Positions 26,106 through 38,395 of a stretch of DNA of 64,000 nucleotides are shown here, piece by piece. Under the pieces are notes generated by a model, which did not search any database, had not been told where the DNA came from, and saw nothing but the letters and a program-made list of their open reading frames with translations. How positions within the stretch are numbered: the first letter of the stretch is position 1; the number at the start of each line of letters is the position of its first letter. Position numbers and translations under genes: made by a program. The stretch is from Octopus sinensis (taxonomy: Eukaryota): assembly GCF_006345805.1 (NCBI RefSeq), contig NC_043022.1, positions 8,122,001-8,186,000 of the forward strand, in the 5' to 3' direction.

Positions 26106-27272
26106 CAGGGTCAGGCAAAATGATCTGACACATTTGTAAGTTAAATAAAAGGCAAATGAAGTAAAGAAACAAAAAAGTGTTTTTATTTTTGAAAAGTACA
26201 TATAATGCCATTTTGTTTCATTATGTTTTAAAAATTAAATCAGTCAAATGGGATCCATTATTGTCCACGCACTGTCGAAGGCGTTCACGAAAGTTGTCAA
26301 TAACTCGGCGGGTCATTTCATGTGGAATGGCAGTAATTTCTTGACGAATTGCATCTTTAAGTTGTTCAATAGATCGAGGGCGATTAATGTATACCTTTGA
26401 CTTGAGGTATCCCCAGAGAAAAAAATCGCACGGATTTAAATCAGGTGAACGGGTTGGCCAACCGATGTCATCACGCAATGGGATCAAATGACCAAGGAAC
26501 ATATTCCTCAAAATCCCCATCGCACGTCAAGAAGTGTGGGCTGTTGCCCCATCCTGTTGAAACCAAACATTGTCCATATCGTGGAGCATATTCAATTTTG
26601 GTTTGAGAAAAGTCTCTAGCATCTCACAATATCGATCAGAGTTCACAGTCACTGTAACGTTATCTTCTTCGAAGAAGTACGGACTCCATATACCGAATTC
26701 TGCCACAGCACACCATACAGTCACCCGAGGACAATGCAAAGGGCATTCATGCAACTCACGAGGGTTGTTCTCGGCCCAGTATCTGAAGTTTTGCTTATTC
26801 ACTGTGCCACACAGGTGAAAATGTGCCTCGTCACTGAACAACACAACTGCTGCATGGGGGACATGTTGTTGAATTTCCAAACACAATGCTCTGCGAGTTT
26901 CAGTGTCTCTTTCGCTGAGTTCTTGTGCCAACATCATTTTGTATGGATGCATTTGAAGATCATTGTGAAGAATTCTTCGCAAACTTCTTTCAGGAAGTCT
27001 AAGAGCCTGGGCGCGTTTAAATGTGGAATGGCGTGGAGACTGTTCAACTGAAGCTCTTACTGCTACCACATTTTCTGGAGTTCTGGCGGTGCGAGGTCGG
27101 TCGGTTGATTTTCGTTTCAATGCAGATCCAGTAGCTCTGAAGTTGGTAACCCATAACAAGATCGTGTTTCGAGCTGGTACGGGATCATGTCTACCAAGAT
27201 TGAAGTGCAAACGGAACGCTCTTTGTGTTGCAGTTACAGAATCGTTTGTTTTGATAAACGTTTCCACAATGA
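26106..27272 (-). mobile_element. Tc1/mariner rosa-type (DD41D) transposon, 5' end lost
   Basis: ORFs 26527-27324 and 26221-26520 are in one frame separated by one TGA; FSDEAHF, FQQDGA and SPDLNPCDFF with 41 residues between D2 and D3; one TIR 'cagggtcaggcaaaatgatc' after TA. Confidence 0.9.
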
Positions 27273-27329
27273 GTACAAAATATAAACAGTAAAAGACAGG
27301 ACAAGGAGAATAAGAGTAACACAAACAAG

Positions 27330-27980
27330 CATTGGCACAAAGCAGTGTTTAGGTATGAGCAGAATTTAAGGTAGCTGAAATATGGGTTTGTCACATATTT
27401 CAATTGCTAAAAGGCAAATACACGGCAGTTACTGTGGAGAAAAATCTCTCTTATGGTAAAAAGGTGTGAAAAGACCCAGTTTGTCAGTGTCACCACCTGT
27501 CAGGAATCTCAGACATCAATGTTTCAAGTTTTTTCACTCTTGTCAATGTATCTAAGAGAGGAAACCCTGACTGAACTTAATAAAGCTGTAGCTTTATATA
27601 TAATTCAGTCAACATGTTGATTGTTTTGCACTAGTAGATCGCCCGATCAAGGTAAATAATGAAGCATTGATGCAAAGCAGTGTTTAGGTATGAGCTGTAG
27701 CTTTATATATAATTTAGTCAACTGAATTATATATAAAGCTACAGCTTTATTCAGTTCTTTCAGAGTTGTCTCTCTTAGGTACACCTCATTGACAAGAGTC
27801 AAAAAACTTGAAACATTGATGTCTGAGATTCCTGACAGATGGTGACACTGAACGAACTGGGTGTTTTCACGCATTTTTAACATAAGAGAGATTTTTTTTC
27901 TCTACGGCTGCAGTGTATTTGCTTTTTAGCAGCTGAAATATGTGACAAACCCATATTTCAACTAGCCTAAATTATGCTTA
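27330..27980. repeat. Nested fold-back (~255-bp arms) with internal hairpin and direct duplication
   Basis: 27356-27612 is the reverse complement of 27718-27980; 27330-27360 repeated at 27662-27696. Confidence 0.85.
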
Positions 27981-28049
27981 TATATATACACATAGATACA
28001 CATAGATCTATATATGCATGAGTGTGTGTGTGTGTCTATGTGTGAATGA

Positions 28050-28100
<51 letters not shown>

Positions 28101-28126
28101 TGTATACTCATTTTACATATATATGC

Positions 28127-28163
<37 letters not shown>

Positions 28164-28307
28164 CACACATACAAAATATGAGGGTTTTGTTCACAGGTGA
28201 TCTAAATGACTAGGTACACTAGGTAAGTGCTGTAACAGATAAATTGGGCTCCAAGGTTAATGCTGAGATGGTAATTATGGAGCCATTGTAGATTTCCAAT
28301 ATAACAG

Positions 28308-28562
28308 ATATATAATTGTTAAAGAGAACAACAAATGTTAAGACAGGGCAAACATCTCAAGTCATGTTATTATTATTGGAAAAAAAAATCTCTGTCTGAC
28401 AGCTGTTTCTGGGATATCCCAGGGTATGTGATATCCCAGAGTATGTGATATCCCAGAAACAGCAGTAAGACTTTGAATTTTTTTTCCAATATTAATAATG
28501 TATATGACTTGAGATGTTTGCTTTGCCTAAATGTCTAGTGTCCTCTTTAACAATTATATATA
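28308..28562. repeat. Imperfect palindrome (~110-bp arms) with central 17-nt tandem repeat
   Basis: Arms 'atatataattgttaaagag...gtttctgggatatc' and reverse complement; centre 'gtatgtgatatcccaga' x2. Confidence 0.85.
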
Positions 28563-28688
28563 AGTTCAAATAAAGGTTACAAACCTCATTAAGGGATAGC
28601 AAAATCCTGTGAAAGTACTGGTTAGTTAGCTATACAAAGAATGTTGAACATTTCAGTTAATATTCCACTGTAAGGTAATATATATATA

Positions 28689-28755
<67 letters not shown>

Positions 28756-29399
28756 GCATACATACATGCATATATACATACGTACACACACACACAACAC
28801 CCACACACATACACACATGTATATGTATATATATATGCATATACACACACACACATATCTGATGAGAGAGAGTGAGAGAGGATGGGCATAGCAGGAACAC
28901 CGCTGATAACAGTTTCCTGATTCAGGATCACTGTCAGAACTGAAAAGAGTTAACACACAAAAAAAACCACAACTATTACTACTGCTACTACAACTACTAC
29001 TATCACCACCACTAACACCACTAATACAACTACCATAGCCACCACGACCAGCACCACCAACAGCAATACATATCACCAACACTTTTACAAGTACCACCAC
29101 CACCACCACCACCATAACCATTACTGCTGTTGCTGGTGGTGGTGGTGGTGGTGGTGGTGGTGGTGGTGGTGGTGGTGGTGGTGGTGGTGTATGACTACTA
29201 CTACTACTACTACTACTACTGCTGCTGCTGCTGTCTGAAGAATCTTGTAGAATGAAAGCAAAATAGCTACTTGTAGATAGATAATGGCACTTTGAAAGCA
29301 GAAATTCTCATTAGAAGGATGAGGTGGAGGAGGAGGGGAGGCCGGATGAGGAGGACATGATCAAAGAAGTTGAAACTTATTGAATATTTTACAAGTTTA

Positions 29400-30070
29400 A
29401 ATATTCTTGCTATTTGATATTGTAAAGGAATCAAAGATATTCATGGAAGAAACGGGAGAGAGAGAGAAGGCAAGAGAGAGAGAGAGTGAGAGAGTGAAAG
29501 AGAGAGAGAGAGAGTGTGAAAGGTGGAGGAAAGGGGGGAGACAGGGAGGGAGAAATAGAGGGATGTTCATAAGAGAATTGGAAAAGGCTGAGACAATGAG
29601 AGAGAGGTAAAGAGAGAGGAAGAGAAAGAGGAAAAGGGAGAGAGAGACAAAGAGGGAGAGAGAGACAAAGAGGGAGAGAGAGACAAAGAGGGAGAGAGTC
29701 TCATAAGTGAATTAGAAAAGGCTTACACACACACACACACACATATAGACAGAGAGAGGGAGTGAATGAAAGAGAAGAGACAGTTTGATAAGGCTGAGAT
29801 ATATAGAGGGAAACAGAGAGAGAGAGAGAGAGAGGGAGAAGGAAAGAAAGAAAGAAAGACTAGAAGAAAGACAGAAAACAAGAAAGAAAGAGAGGAAAAC
29901 AAGCAGAAAGAGGAAAAGTGCAAGAGGGAGAAGGAAAGAAAGAGAGAGAGAAGGAATGATAGAGAGGGTTTTAAGGTGAGAGAGAAGAAGAGAAAGAAAG
30001 AGAGAGACAGAGAGAGTTGGGGTGAGAGAGAAATTACCCTTAAAATAAATAAATTAACAAACAAACAAAA
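29400..30070. repeat. GA-rich low-complexity tract
   Basis: Direct reading; includes 'gagagagacaaagagg' tandem units. Confidence 0.9.
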
Positions 30071-31541
30071 ATGAATATTTATTCTCCAGAAGATTCTAAT
30101 TAATGCCATTTCCAATATCACCAAAGAATCTTTTCAGCTTTAGTTTGTAACAAATTAAAAATTCAGCCTTTATCCTTTCTTAATCTTGTTGCTTGGGCTT
30201 TTTTTTTGTTTTATTGTTATTGTTTTTATAAGTTCTTGTGATATTTTCTTTCTTTATTCTTTTTTTTTTAATGTATGTTTGAAGAAAAAAAATTTTGTTG
30301 TTGTTTAAAATATTTTTTTCCGTTGGATTTTTTTCGTTTTTGTTTTTAGTTTTCTTTTTAATCTTTATTTGTTCGTAAGTTAATAAGATAAGTTTGTCTT
30401 TTGACTTTTAGAAGTTTCAAAAGCTATGTATGTATGTATGTATGTATGTATCTATGCATGTATGTATGTATGTATGCATGTAGGTATGTATGTATATATC
30501 CATGCATGCATGTATGATTTTATATATGTATGTATGTGTCTATGTATGTATGTATGTATGTTTGTATATATGTGTGTGTATGCATGTATGTATATATATA
30601 TTGTATGTATTATAATATATCATGGTAAAGTGAAGTGTAGTCCATGTTAGAATTTTACTGCTTAAGTGTATGTGTGTATATATATATATAATATATATAT
30701 ATATACATACATACATACATATATATATATATATATTTATATATACATACATACATATTATATATATATATATATATACACGTGTATATATAAGTATATA
30801 TATATGTTTGTATGTATATATATGTATACATACACACACATAATGTGCATATATATATCCATACATTCATAAATACAGATATGCACACATACACACACAC
30901 ATACACTCATGCACACACATATGCATATTCATGCACACACACACACACATATATATAAAGAGAGAGAGAAAGTGAGAGAGAGAGAGAAAGATTATACAGA
31001 CAAGTACATTCATGAACTTATGTACTTATATGTGCATGCTAACATAAATATATATGTATGTAAATATATTTATAAACATATGTGTATGTATGTGTGTGCA
31101 TATATATATGTATACATGTGTATGTATATATATATGTATATACATACTTCCATATATATATACATATATATACATCTCTCTCTCTCTCAGTATATATATA
31201 TATATATATATATATATACAACACATATATAGATATATATATGTGTAATATATAAAATATTACAAATTTGTATCAAGTATTTTATATTTGTAAAACATTT
31301 TTTCATCAAACCTGATATGATGTAAATGTATGTGTGTTATTGTTATTCTGAGTACATTTGTGTGTGTGTGTGTGTGTGTGAGATAGAAAGAGAAAGTGTG
31401 TGAGAGAGAGAGAGAGAAAGTGTGTGAGAGAGAAAGAGAGAAGAAAAGTGTGTGCGTGTGCATCTGTACTTAAATATCTAAACAACTGAGTCAATGAGGC
31501 AGAATGCATGTTTATTAAACATGCACATGACCTTATTTACA

Positions 31542-31579
<38 letters not shown>

Positions 31580-31940
31580 GTGTGTGTGCCTGTATATTTA
31601 ATGGTAGTAGTGGTGGGGTGGGATTGTGCATGTGTGTATATGTGTGGGTGTGAATTTTAATCTTATAATTATACAAAGGTATACATACAAATACCATTAA
31701 AATATATAAATATTAATACTAAACTAACCGCCATTTTTAAAATTAATATTAATATTCATATTCTCTGGTTTATATTAATATTAGTATTTATACTGTGCAG
31801 TGTATTTTGCTTACATATCCTTTCATATGCATCCGATCACATTTTATACATGTATATATATGTATATATATATATATGTATTTATATATATATGTATTTA
31901 TATATATATGTATTTATATATATATTTATATATATATATA

Positions 31941-32343
31941 TCTTTTACTCTTTTACTTGTTTCAGTCATTTGGACTGCGGCCATGCTGGAGCACCGCCTT
32001 TAGTCGAGCCAAATCGACCCCGGGACTTATTCTTCGTAGCCAGTACTATTCTATCAGCCTCTTTTGCCGAAACCGCTAAGTGACGGGGACGTAAAACACA
32101 CCAGCATCAGTTGTCAAGCAATGCTAAGGGGACAAACACAGAACACAAACCACAACCATACATATATATATATATATGTATGACAGGCTTCTTTCAGTTC
32201 TCGTCTACCAAATCCACTCACAAGGCTTTGGTCGGGCCGGGGCTATAGCAATACACTTACCCAAGATGCCACGCAGTGGGACTGACCTGGAACCATGTGG
32301 TTGGTTTGCAAGCTACTTACCACACAGCCACTCTCCTGCTCCT
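31941..32343 (-). mobile_element. Family A SINE (young, CpG-retaining)
   Basis: Full-length copy. Confidence 0.9.
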
Positions 32344-32384
32344 ATATATATATATATATATTATATATATATATATAGTATTTT

Positions 32385-32670
32385 TCGTTCTGACCAGGCC
32401 ATCAGATGTTGTTACACATCGCTGATCACAATGCGCTTCGCATTGTTTTAGCCTTCAAATGACGCCACCTCGTTGGCTAAGTGAGCAGGCCAACAGAAGA
32501 AAGAGTGAGAGAAAGTTGTGGTGAAAGAGTACAGCAGGGATCGGCACCACCCCCTGCCGGAGCCTCGTGGAGCTTTAGGTGTTTTCGCTCAATAAACACT
32601 CACAACGCCCGGTCTGGTAATCGAAACCGCGATCCTACGACCGCGAGTCCACTGCCCTAACCACTAGGTT
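32385..32670 (-). mobile_element. Family B SINE, tail type 2
   Basis: Reverse complement homolog of 6678-6982. Confidence 0.85.
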
Positions 32671-32675
32671 ATAAG

Positions 32676-32710
<35 letters not shown>

Positions 32711-32958
32711 TGTATATGTATATATGTATTTGGGGGTGAGGGGACTGTGCACATGTGTGTATATGTGGGTGTGAATTGTAAATATACAAAGGCATATGAT
32801 GGTTGTTTATTTCTTTTGTCATCCCTATTACATAGATATATATTACCCACTCATAAAAAGAAATAAACTATCATCATATGCCTTTGTATATTTACAATTC
32901 ACACCCACACATACACACATGTGCATAGTCCCCCCCCCCAATAATATATATATATATT

Positions 32959-33236
32959 CCTTGTTTCACATTTATGTGCTTACTTTGGTATGTTTTTGGT
33001 TTGTTTGCAGAACATATACCAGAGTAAGCACATAAATGTGAAACGAGGTGGGAAATATAGTTCTGCATTACCGGAGCTTCAGTAATAACTAATAAAGCTG
33101 CAAAAAAATCACAGTAACTCTTACTCAGAATTCCACATTCCTGTTCATTGGACAGTTTTTTTGACCAAAACTGTCTGATGAACAGGAATGTGAAACTCTG
33201 AGTAACAGTTATTCTGATGTTTTTGCAGCTTTATTA
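32959..33236. repeat. Two adjacent fold-backs (32959-33048; 33090-33236), PLE-terminus-like
   Basis: Arms of ~35 and ~70 nt pair on direct reading. Confidence 0.85.
33169..33210 (+). ncRNA. Minimal type-I hammerhead ribozyme motif, intact
   Basis: aactgt-CTGATGA-aca-ggaa-tgt-GAAA-ctctgag-TA-acagtt; perfect stem I (6 bp), 3-bp stem II, quasi-palindromic stem III, GUA site. Confidence 0.8.
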
Positions 33237-33270
33237 ATAATAATAATAATAATATATATATATATACATA

Positions 33271-33301
<31 letters not shown>

Positions 33302-33304
33302 GTT

Positions 33305-33595
33305 CGAACGTGGCAGATACTAGCGTCGCCTGACTGGCATCTGTGTCAGTGACACGTAAAAGCATCAACCGATCGTGGCCATTTGCCAGCTTGCTCTGGC
33401 TCCTGTGCCGGTGGCACGTAAAAAAACACCCACTACACTCACGGAGTGGTTGGCGTTAGGAAGGGCATCTAGCTGTAGAAATACTGCCAAATCAGACTAG
33501 AGCCTGGTGCAGCCTCCATGGCTTACCAAACCCTGGTTGAACCGTCCAACCCATGCTAGCATGGAAAACGGACGTTAAATGATGATGATGATATA
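33305..33595 (+). mobile_element. Family C repeat
   Basis: Core plus (ATG)n tail. Confidence 0.85.
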
Positions 33596-33599
33596 TATA

Positions 33600-33788
33600 T
33601 AGGTGCAGGAGTGGCTGTGTGGTAAGTAGTTTGCTTACCAACCACATGGTTCTGGATTCATTCCCATTGCATGGCACTTTGGGCAAGTGTCTTCTACTAT
33701 AGCCTCAGGGTGACCAAAGCCTTGTGAGTGGATTTGGTAGACGGAAACTGGAAGAAGCCCATCATATATATGTATATATATATGTGTG

Positions 33789-33823
<35 letters not shown>

Positions 33824-34035
33824 TTGTGTATATATGTTTGTGTGTCTATGTTTGTCCCCCAACATTGCTTGACAACTGATGCTGGTGTGTTTATGTCCCT
33901 GTAACTTAGCAGTTCGGCAAAAGAGACTGATAGAATAAGTACTAGGCTTACAAAGAATAAGTCCTGGGGTCGATTTGCTCAACTAAAAGCGGTGCTCCCG
34001 CATAGCCACAGTCAAAACAAGTAAAAGAGTAAAAT
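33600..34035 (+). mobile_element. Family A SINE, full length
   Basis: Head 'aggtgcaggagtggctgtgtggtaagt' to tail 'aacaagtaaaagagtaaaa'. Confidence 0.9.
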
Positions 34036-34039
34036 AGTA

Positions 34040-34068
<29 letters not shown>

Positions 34069-34070
<2 letters not shown>

Positions 34071-34278
34071 GGGTTGGCCAATCAATCAAAACCATTTAAT
34101 TCCAAGACTTATTTATGTTAAACAACTGAATGAATTTAATAAAAGCATCTAAATATGAAACATCAAGAAAATTATTCAAACTGAAGTCTTTGAGCAACAC
34201 ATTTTTCCATTTGAGTCTATCAGAATTGCAGATAGTATTTATGGAATTTTGATTTACTATGACTTTTGGACAACCCTG
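34069..34278. mobile_element. Tc1-type MITE
   Basis: TIRs 'cagggttggccaa' / 'ttggacaaccctg', TA-rich flanks. Confidence 0.7.
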
Positions 34279-34285
34279 TATATAT

Positions 34286-34326
<41 letters not shown>

Positions 34327-34330
<4 letters not shown>

Positions 34331-34540
34331 CCAGACCCCTCTGGCACTTGTGCAGGTGGCACGTAAAAAACACCCACTACACTCGCGGAGTGGTTGGCGT
34401 TAGGAAGGGCATCCAGCTGTAGAAACACTGCCAGACTAGACTGGAGCCTGGAGCAGTCCCTAGCTCCCCAGACCCCGGTCGAAACCGTCCAACCCGTGCT
34501 AGCGCGGAAAACGGACGTTAAACGATGATGATGATGATGA
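34327..34540 (+). mobile_element. Family C repeat (young)
   Basis: CpG-rich core, (GAT)n tail. Confidence 0.85.
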
Positions 34541-34587
34541 TAATGCTGATGACAAAGGAAATAAACAATTTTCTTATGAACTTCATT

Positions 34588-34671
34588 AGGTTACAGCTGT
34601 TTCAGCTATAAGCTGCAATGCACTCATAGTTGAGTGGTTGCTATGTATCAGCCTATAGCTTCATCAGAGCT
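34588..34671 (-). ncRNA. Hammerhead motif with extended stem II, weak stem I
   Basis: CTGATGA-agctata...tatagct-GAAA-cagctg-TA; palindromic stem III acagctgt. Confidence 0.65.
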
Positions 34672-35535
34672 TCAAACATGATATGCAGTTTAGTTGAGAA
34701 GGAAACATTAAAATTTATGTATATACATCAAAAAGCATTACCAATGAAAAAAGTATGTGTGTGTTTGTATGTATGTATATATGTATGTATGTATGCATGC
34801 ATCAGTTTTAGTTTCTTTGCAATCAATGGAGCCCACATGGAAGTTTCCTGATATTTCTAATAAGACTTTACTTGTTTGCCAATGTGTTCCAATAAACTCT
34901 GCTGAGTTATCTTTATTTTTCATTATTTTCTGAATTTTTCAAATTTCAAATGTAATTTATAGATCCCCTGTATATATAGGTACATACTTATGTATGATGA
35001 TGATGATGATACATACATTAATATATTTTGCGAACATCAAAGCATGATAGAAACAATTTTCTATACTAACAAAGCCGTGGCATGCCTGACAAATAACCCT
35101 AACCTCACAAATGAAAGCAGGAAATACCCTAAATAACAAGGACAAGTAAAGACAGGACCAGCTTAGTCTTACCATCTACATATATTCTTTTGTGAAAAAA
35201 AAAACGTTGGCATACCCAATTATTCAGGGCTTAAATACTGGACTTTGTAACTTTGATCTTTATATTGTTCAAGCAAAAGGATTAAATCCAATAATACTGA
35301 AAGCAACAGAAATACTGTCACACCTTGTGCCTACCTAACAAAAGAGAAACATTTACAGGCTTGTTTACAAACTTCTGCATGCATGATTAAACTCTAAACA
35401 GTAACATAACTCAAATTTAATAGAAATTTTTCCAAAGCACCTTTTCATAACAATCACCCCACTCTAAACCACACATCCAAAGATGATTTTAACTCAACAA
35501 AGACTATATAAAGGCAAGACTAACTCTAATGCATC

Positions 35536-35580
35536 GTAGTCTGATGATGGCTCAGCCGGCTGAAACTTCGAAGTCACTGT
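35536..35580 (+). ncRNA. Minimal hammerhead motif
   Basis: agt-CTGATGA-tggc..gct-GAAA-cttcgaag-TC-act; palindromic stem III acttcgaagt, GUC site. Confidence 0.7.
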
Positions 35581-35756
35581 CAGCAGCATTCTTTTATTCT
35601 TTTACTTGTCATATGACTGCGACCAGGCTGGAGCACTACCTCCTTGTATAGGAATAATAAATTTGTAGTCTACAAAAGTACTGAGTAGCCCATCAGATTA
35701 ATGTAAGATTGTTTTTATTAGAACTGAAAAAAAGAACATTAATATATATACACATA

Positions 35757-35793
<37 letters not shown>

Positions 35794-36254
35794 ATATATG
35801 TATATTTGAATTTGTTTCACACCACTTCACAGCTGATGTCAATTTGTTTCCATTGCAATATAACCTAGCAGTTCAGCAAAACACAGTAGCAGACACCGAA
35901 ATAAGTACTGCTGTTATTTGATCGACTAAAACCTTTGTGTGTGTGTGTGTGTAGTTAAGAAGCTTGTTTCCCAATAATGTGGTCTCAGGTTCCATCACAT
36001 GACATGCCACATTCACGTTTCACTTACTTGCCCTTCAAAAAGGGAATTTTTGTCCCATTGCTTGTCTTTGAAAGGTGAAGATCAAGAAGGATGTCAAAAT
36101 AATCTCACCGATTTTTGCTCCATATTCTCATGTGGTTTCCTGGAAGGTAAACATTCCCAAATGCACAGACACATGCACACATACAGCTTACATATATATA
36201 TATATATGGATGCATGGCCTTCAATCAAATAATAATATGATTAATATATATGTA

Positions 36255-36286
<32 letters not shown>

Positions 36287-36299
36287 CACATACATATAT

Positions 36300-36770
36300 G
36301 CCCTGAGTTGGCAATGGCTTGCCTGTCACTTCACATTCCAGCTCCACTGACCATGCTACCAACTCTTCTCAGTTTTTCACTTGGCTACCAACCCTGACTA
36401 TCTTACCACTCACTTCTAAACAGGAGCTCATTTTCTCTCTCCAATCTTATAACCTGATATATGCTCTCCAAAATTCCCTCTGCAATTGATCTACTTCAGG
36501 CAAACCAGCTACCAATTGGTTGATAGGTTTGCAGAACATCTCAGAGACCCTTGACTTGGCCACAGGTCAGCTGTCTCTCAACATTTTCGCTCCTGCAACC
36601 ATCCCATCCAACACCACTCACTCTCCAGTGTGACTACCATGACTGGATCCTCTATTGTAGACAGAGCATGAGCTCATTTTCTGTTCCCAAATTTATATGT
36701 TTTTGTTTGAATTCTCCTCCTCAATTCTTTTAAATAGTTTTCTCCCCATACTTCCATCACTATACCAGTT
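36300..36770 (+). mobile_element. PLE GIY-YIG remnant (same family as 14645-15480)
   Basis: 'gataggtttgcagaacatctcagagac...gtctctcaacattttc...gagcatgagctcatttt' aligns by eye to 15250-15440. Confidence 0.6.
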
Positions 36771-37569
36771 GGTCCAATATTGTTTTTCAGACATTAACAG
36801 CATGTTGTGACATAAATCAAATTTTGAAAGTTTCAAGTGAAGTGTTTCTTTATTTAAAAACTTTGTTCATCCTTAAATTTGAAGTTTGAGCCTTCAGTTT
36901 GGTTATTCACATTTAGTAAACATGAAATTCAGAACTTGTTTGGAAATTTTTGCACAAGTTAATATACTTTTCCATATCATAGGTTGCCTTTTGATTGCAA
37001 TAACTTATTGATTTTCCTGAATTGTTTTAAGTTTTTGATCTTCATGTAGAATAGACAAGTTATTTTGAATGTAACCGACTGTAACGAAAGTTCTGTCCAT
37101 TTTTTAAGGCTCAATAAAACAATAAAAACAATACTTGATTTATTTAATTGTTAATATAGTCACCATTCTTCTCTATGACCTCTTTCAATCTGACAACGAG
37201 TTTTTTAATGCCATGTTAGTCAAATTGCTTAGGTTTGGAAGTGGAAAAGGAAATTAACTCATTTTCAACTTCTACTCTTGAAGTAAGTTTTAATCCACTC
37301 AAATGATTATGTAAACTTATAAAGTGATGGTAATCTGTAGGTGTGAGATCCAGTATTTCTTGAGTTAAATGTAGATACATATGGCAAAACTTTTTTCTTA
37401 GTTATACTTTTTGCTTTTTGGGATCATAGCAATCAATGCATTTTTGCCCTTTCTTTTCTATTTACAATAAGCTTCAGAGGAAACACCATTTGAATTTGTT
37501 TTTCAGTTCTTCCAGTTTTTGATTATGTTTGGTAATGTTTGATACAATTATCTTCTACCATGTATCTTT

Positions 37570-37872
37570 TTCTTGTTTTAGTCATTAAACTGTGGCCATG
37601 CTGGGGCTCCACTTTCAAGGGATTTAATCAAGCAAATCTACCCCAGTACTTATCCTATTGGCTTCTTTTGCTGAGCTTCTAAGTTACAGGGGCATAAAAA
37701 GCACCAACACTGGTTATCAAGTAGTAGTGGAAGGAAAACACAAAGACTAACAGACAGACACACACACTTCACTCAGTTTCTACCTACTAAATCCACTCAT
37801 AAAGCTTCTGTAGAAGACACTTGCCAAAGGTGCTACACAGTGTCAGGAGCAAGCTTCTTACCACACAGCCAT
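37570..37872 (-). mobile_element. Family A SINE (old) inside PLE
   Basis: Highly diverged, CpG-depleted copy. Confidence 0.7.
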
Positions 37873-38102
37873 CCTCATTGTGCAAATCTTTTTGCTAAAC
37901 TGAACATAATGGCAGGATGTGAAAAGAAGGTAATGTCTTGAATCTGTAGATTTGTCACGGATATCTGTTTCTAGTTTTCCAAATTTACTCATGATTAAAT
38001 TGTCTAGAACAAGTGGTTCTTTCTGATTAAATTCCATTGTGAATTGAATATTGCTGTTAATAACATTTATTAGATTCTTAAATTTCGTAAGTTTATTTTC
38101 AT

Positions 38103-38395
38103 CAATGATTCTCAACTGGGGACCATAGCTTCATAGGAACCTTGGAGTCCATAAGACTCTGAGTGGTCAATGTAAGATTTTGTTGTTAAATTTTATGTGC
38201 AATAAACTGGTTATACTTGTACAGTACATAAAATATTTTAACAATTTTTGAAACAATTCCGAATAATATTTAAGTATGAAAAAATATTATATAAATAATT
38301 GGATGTTTTTTAAACATCGAATAGCTGTGGGTTACTAGTAGAGTAAAATAGGAATCAAGGGTAATCCATGGGCAAAAATTGGTTGAGAAACACTG
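38103..38395. mobile_element. hAT-type MITE
   Basis: TIRs 'caatgattctcaac' / 'gttgagaaacactg'; flanks attttcat/atttagat (6/8 identical, TSD-like). Confidence 0.7.

Noticed and set aside
28880-28951. Strong minus-strand acceptor 'ttaactcttttcag|'
   Set aside because: No donor or recognisable ORF downstream
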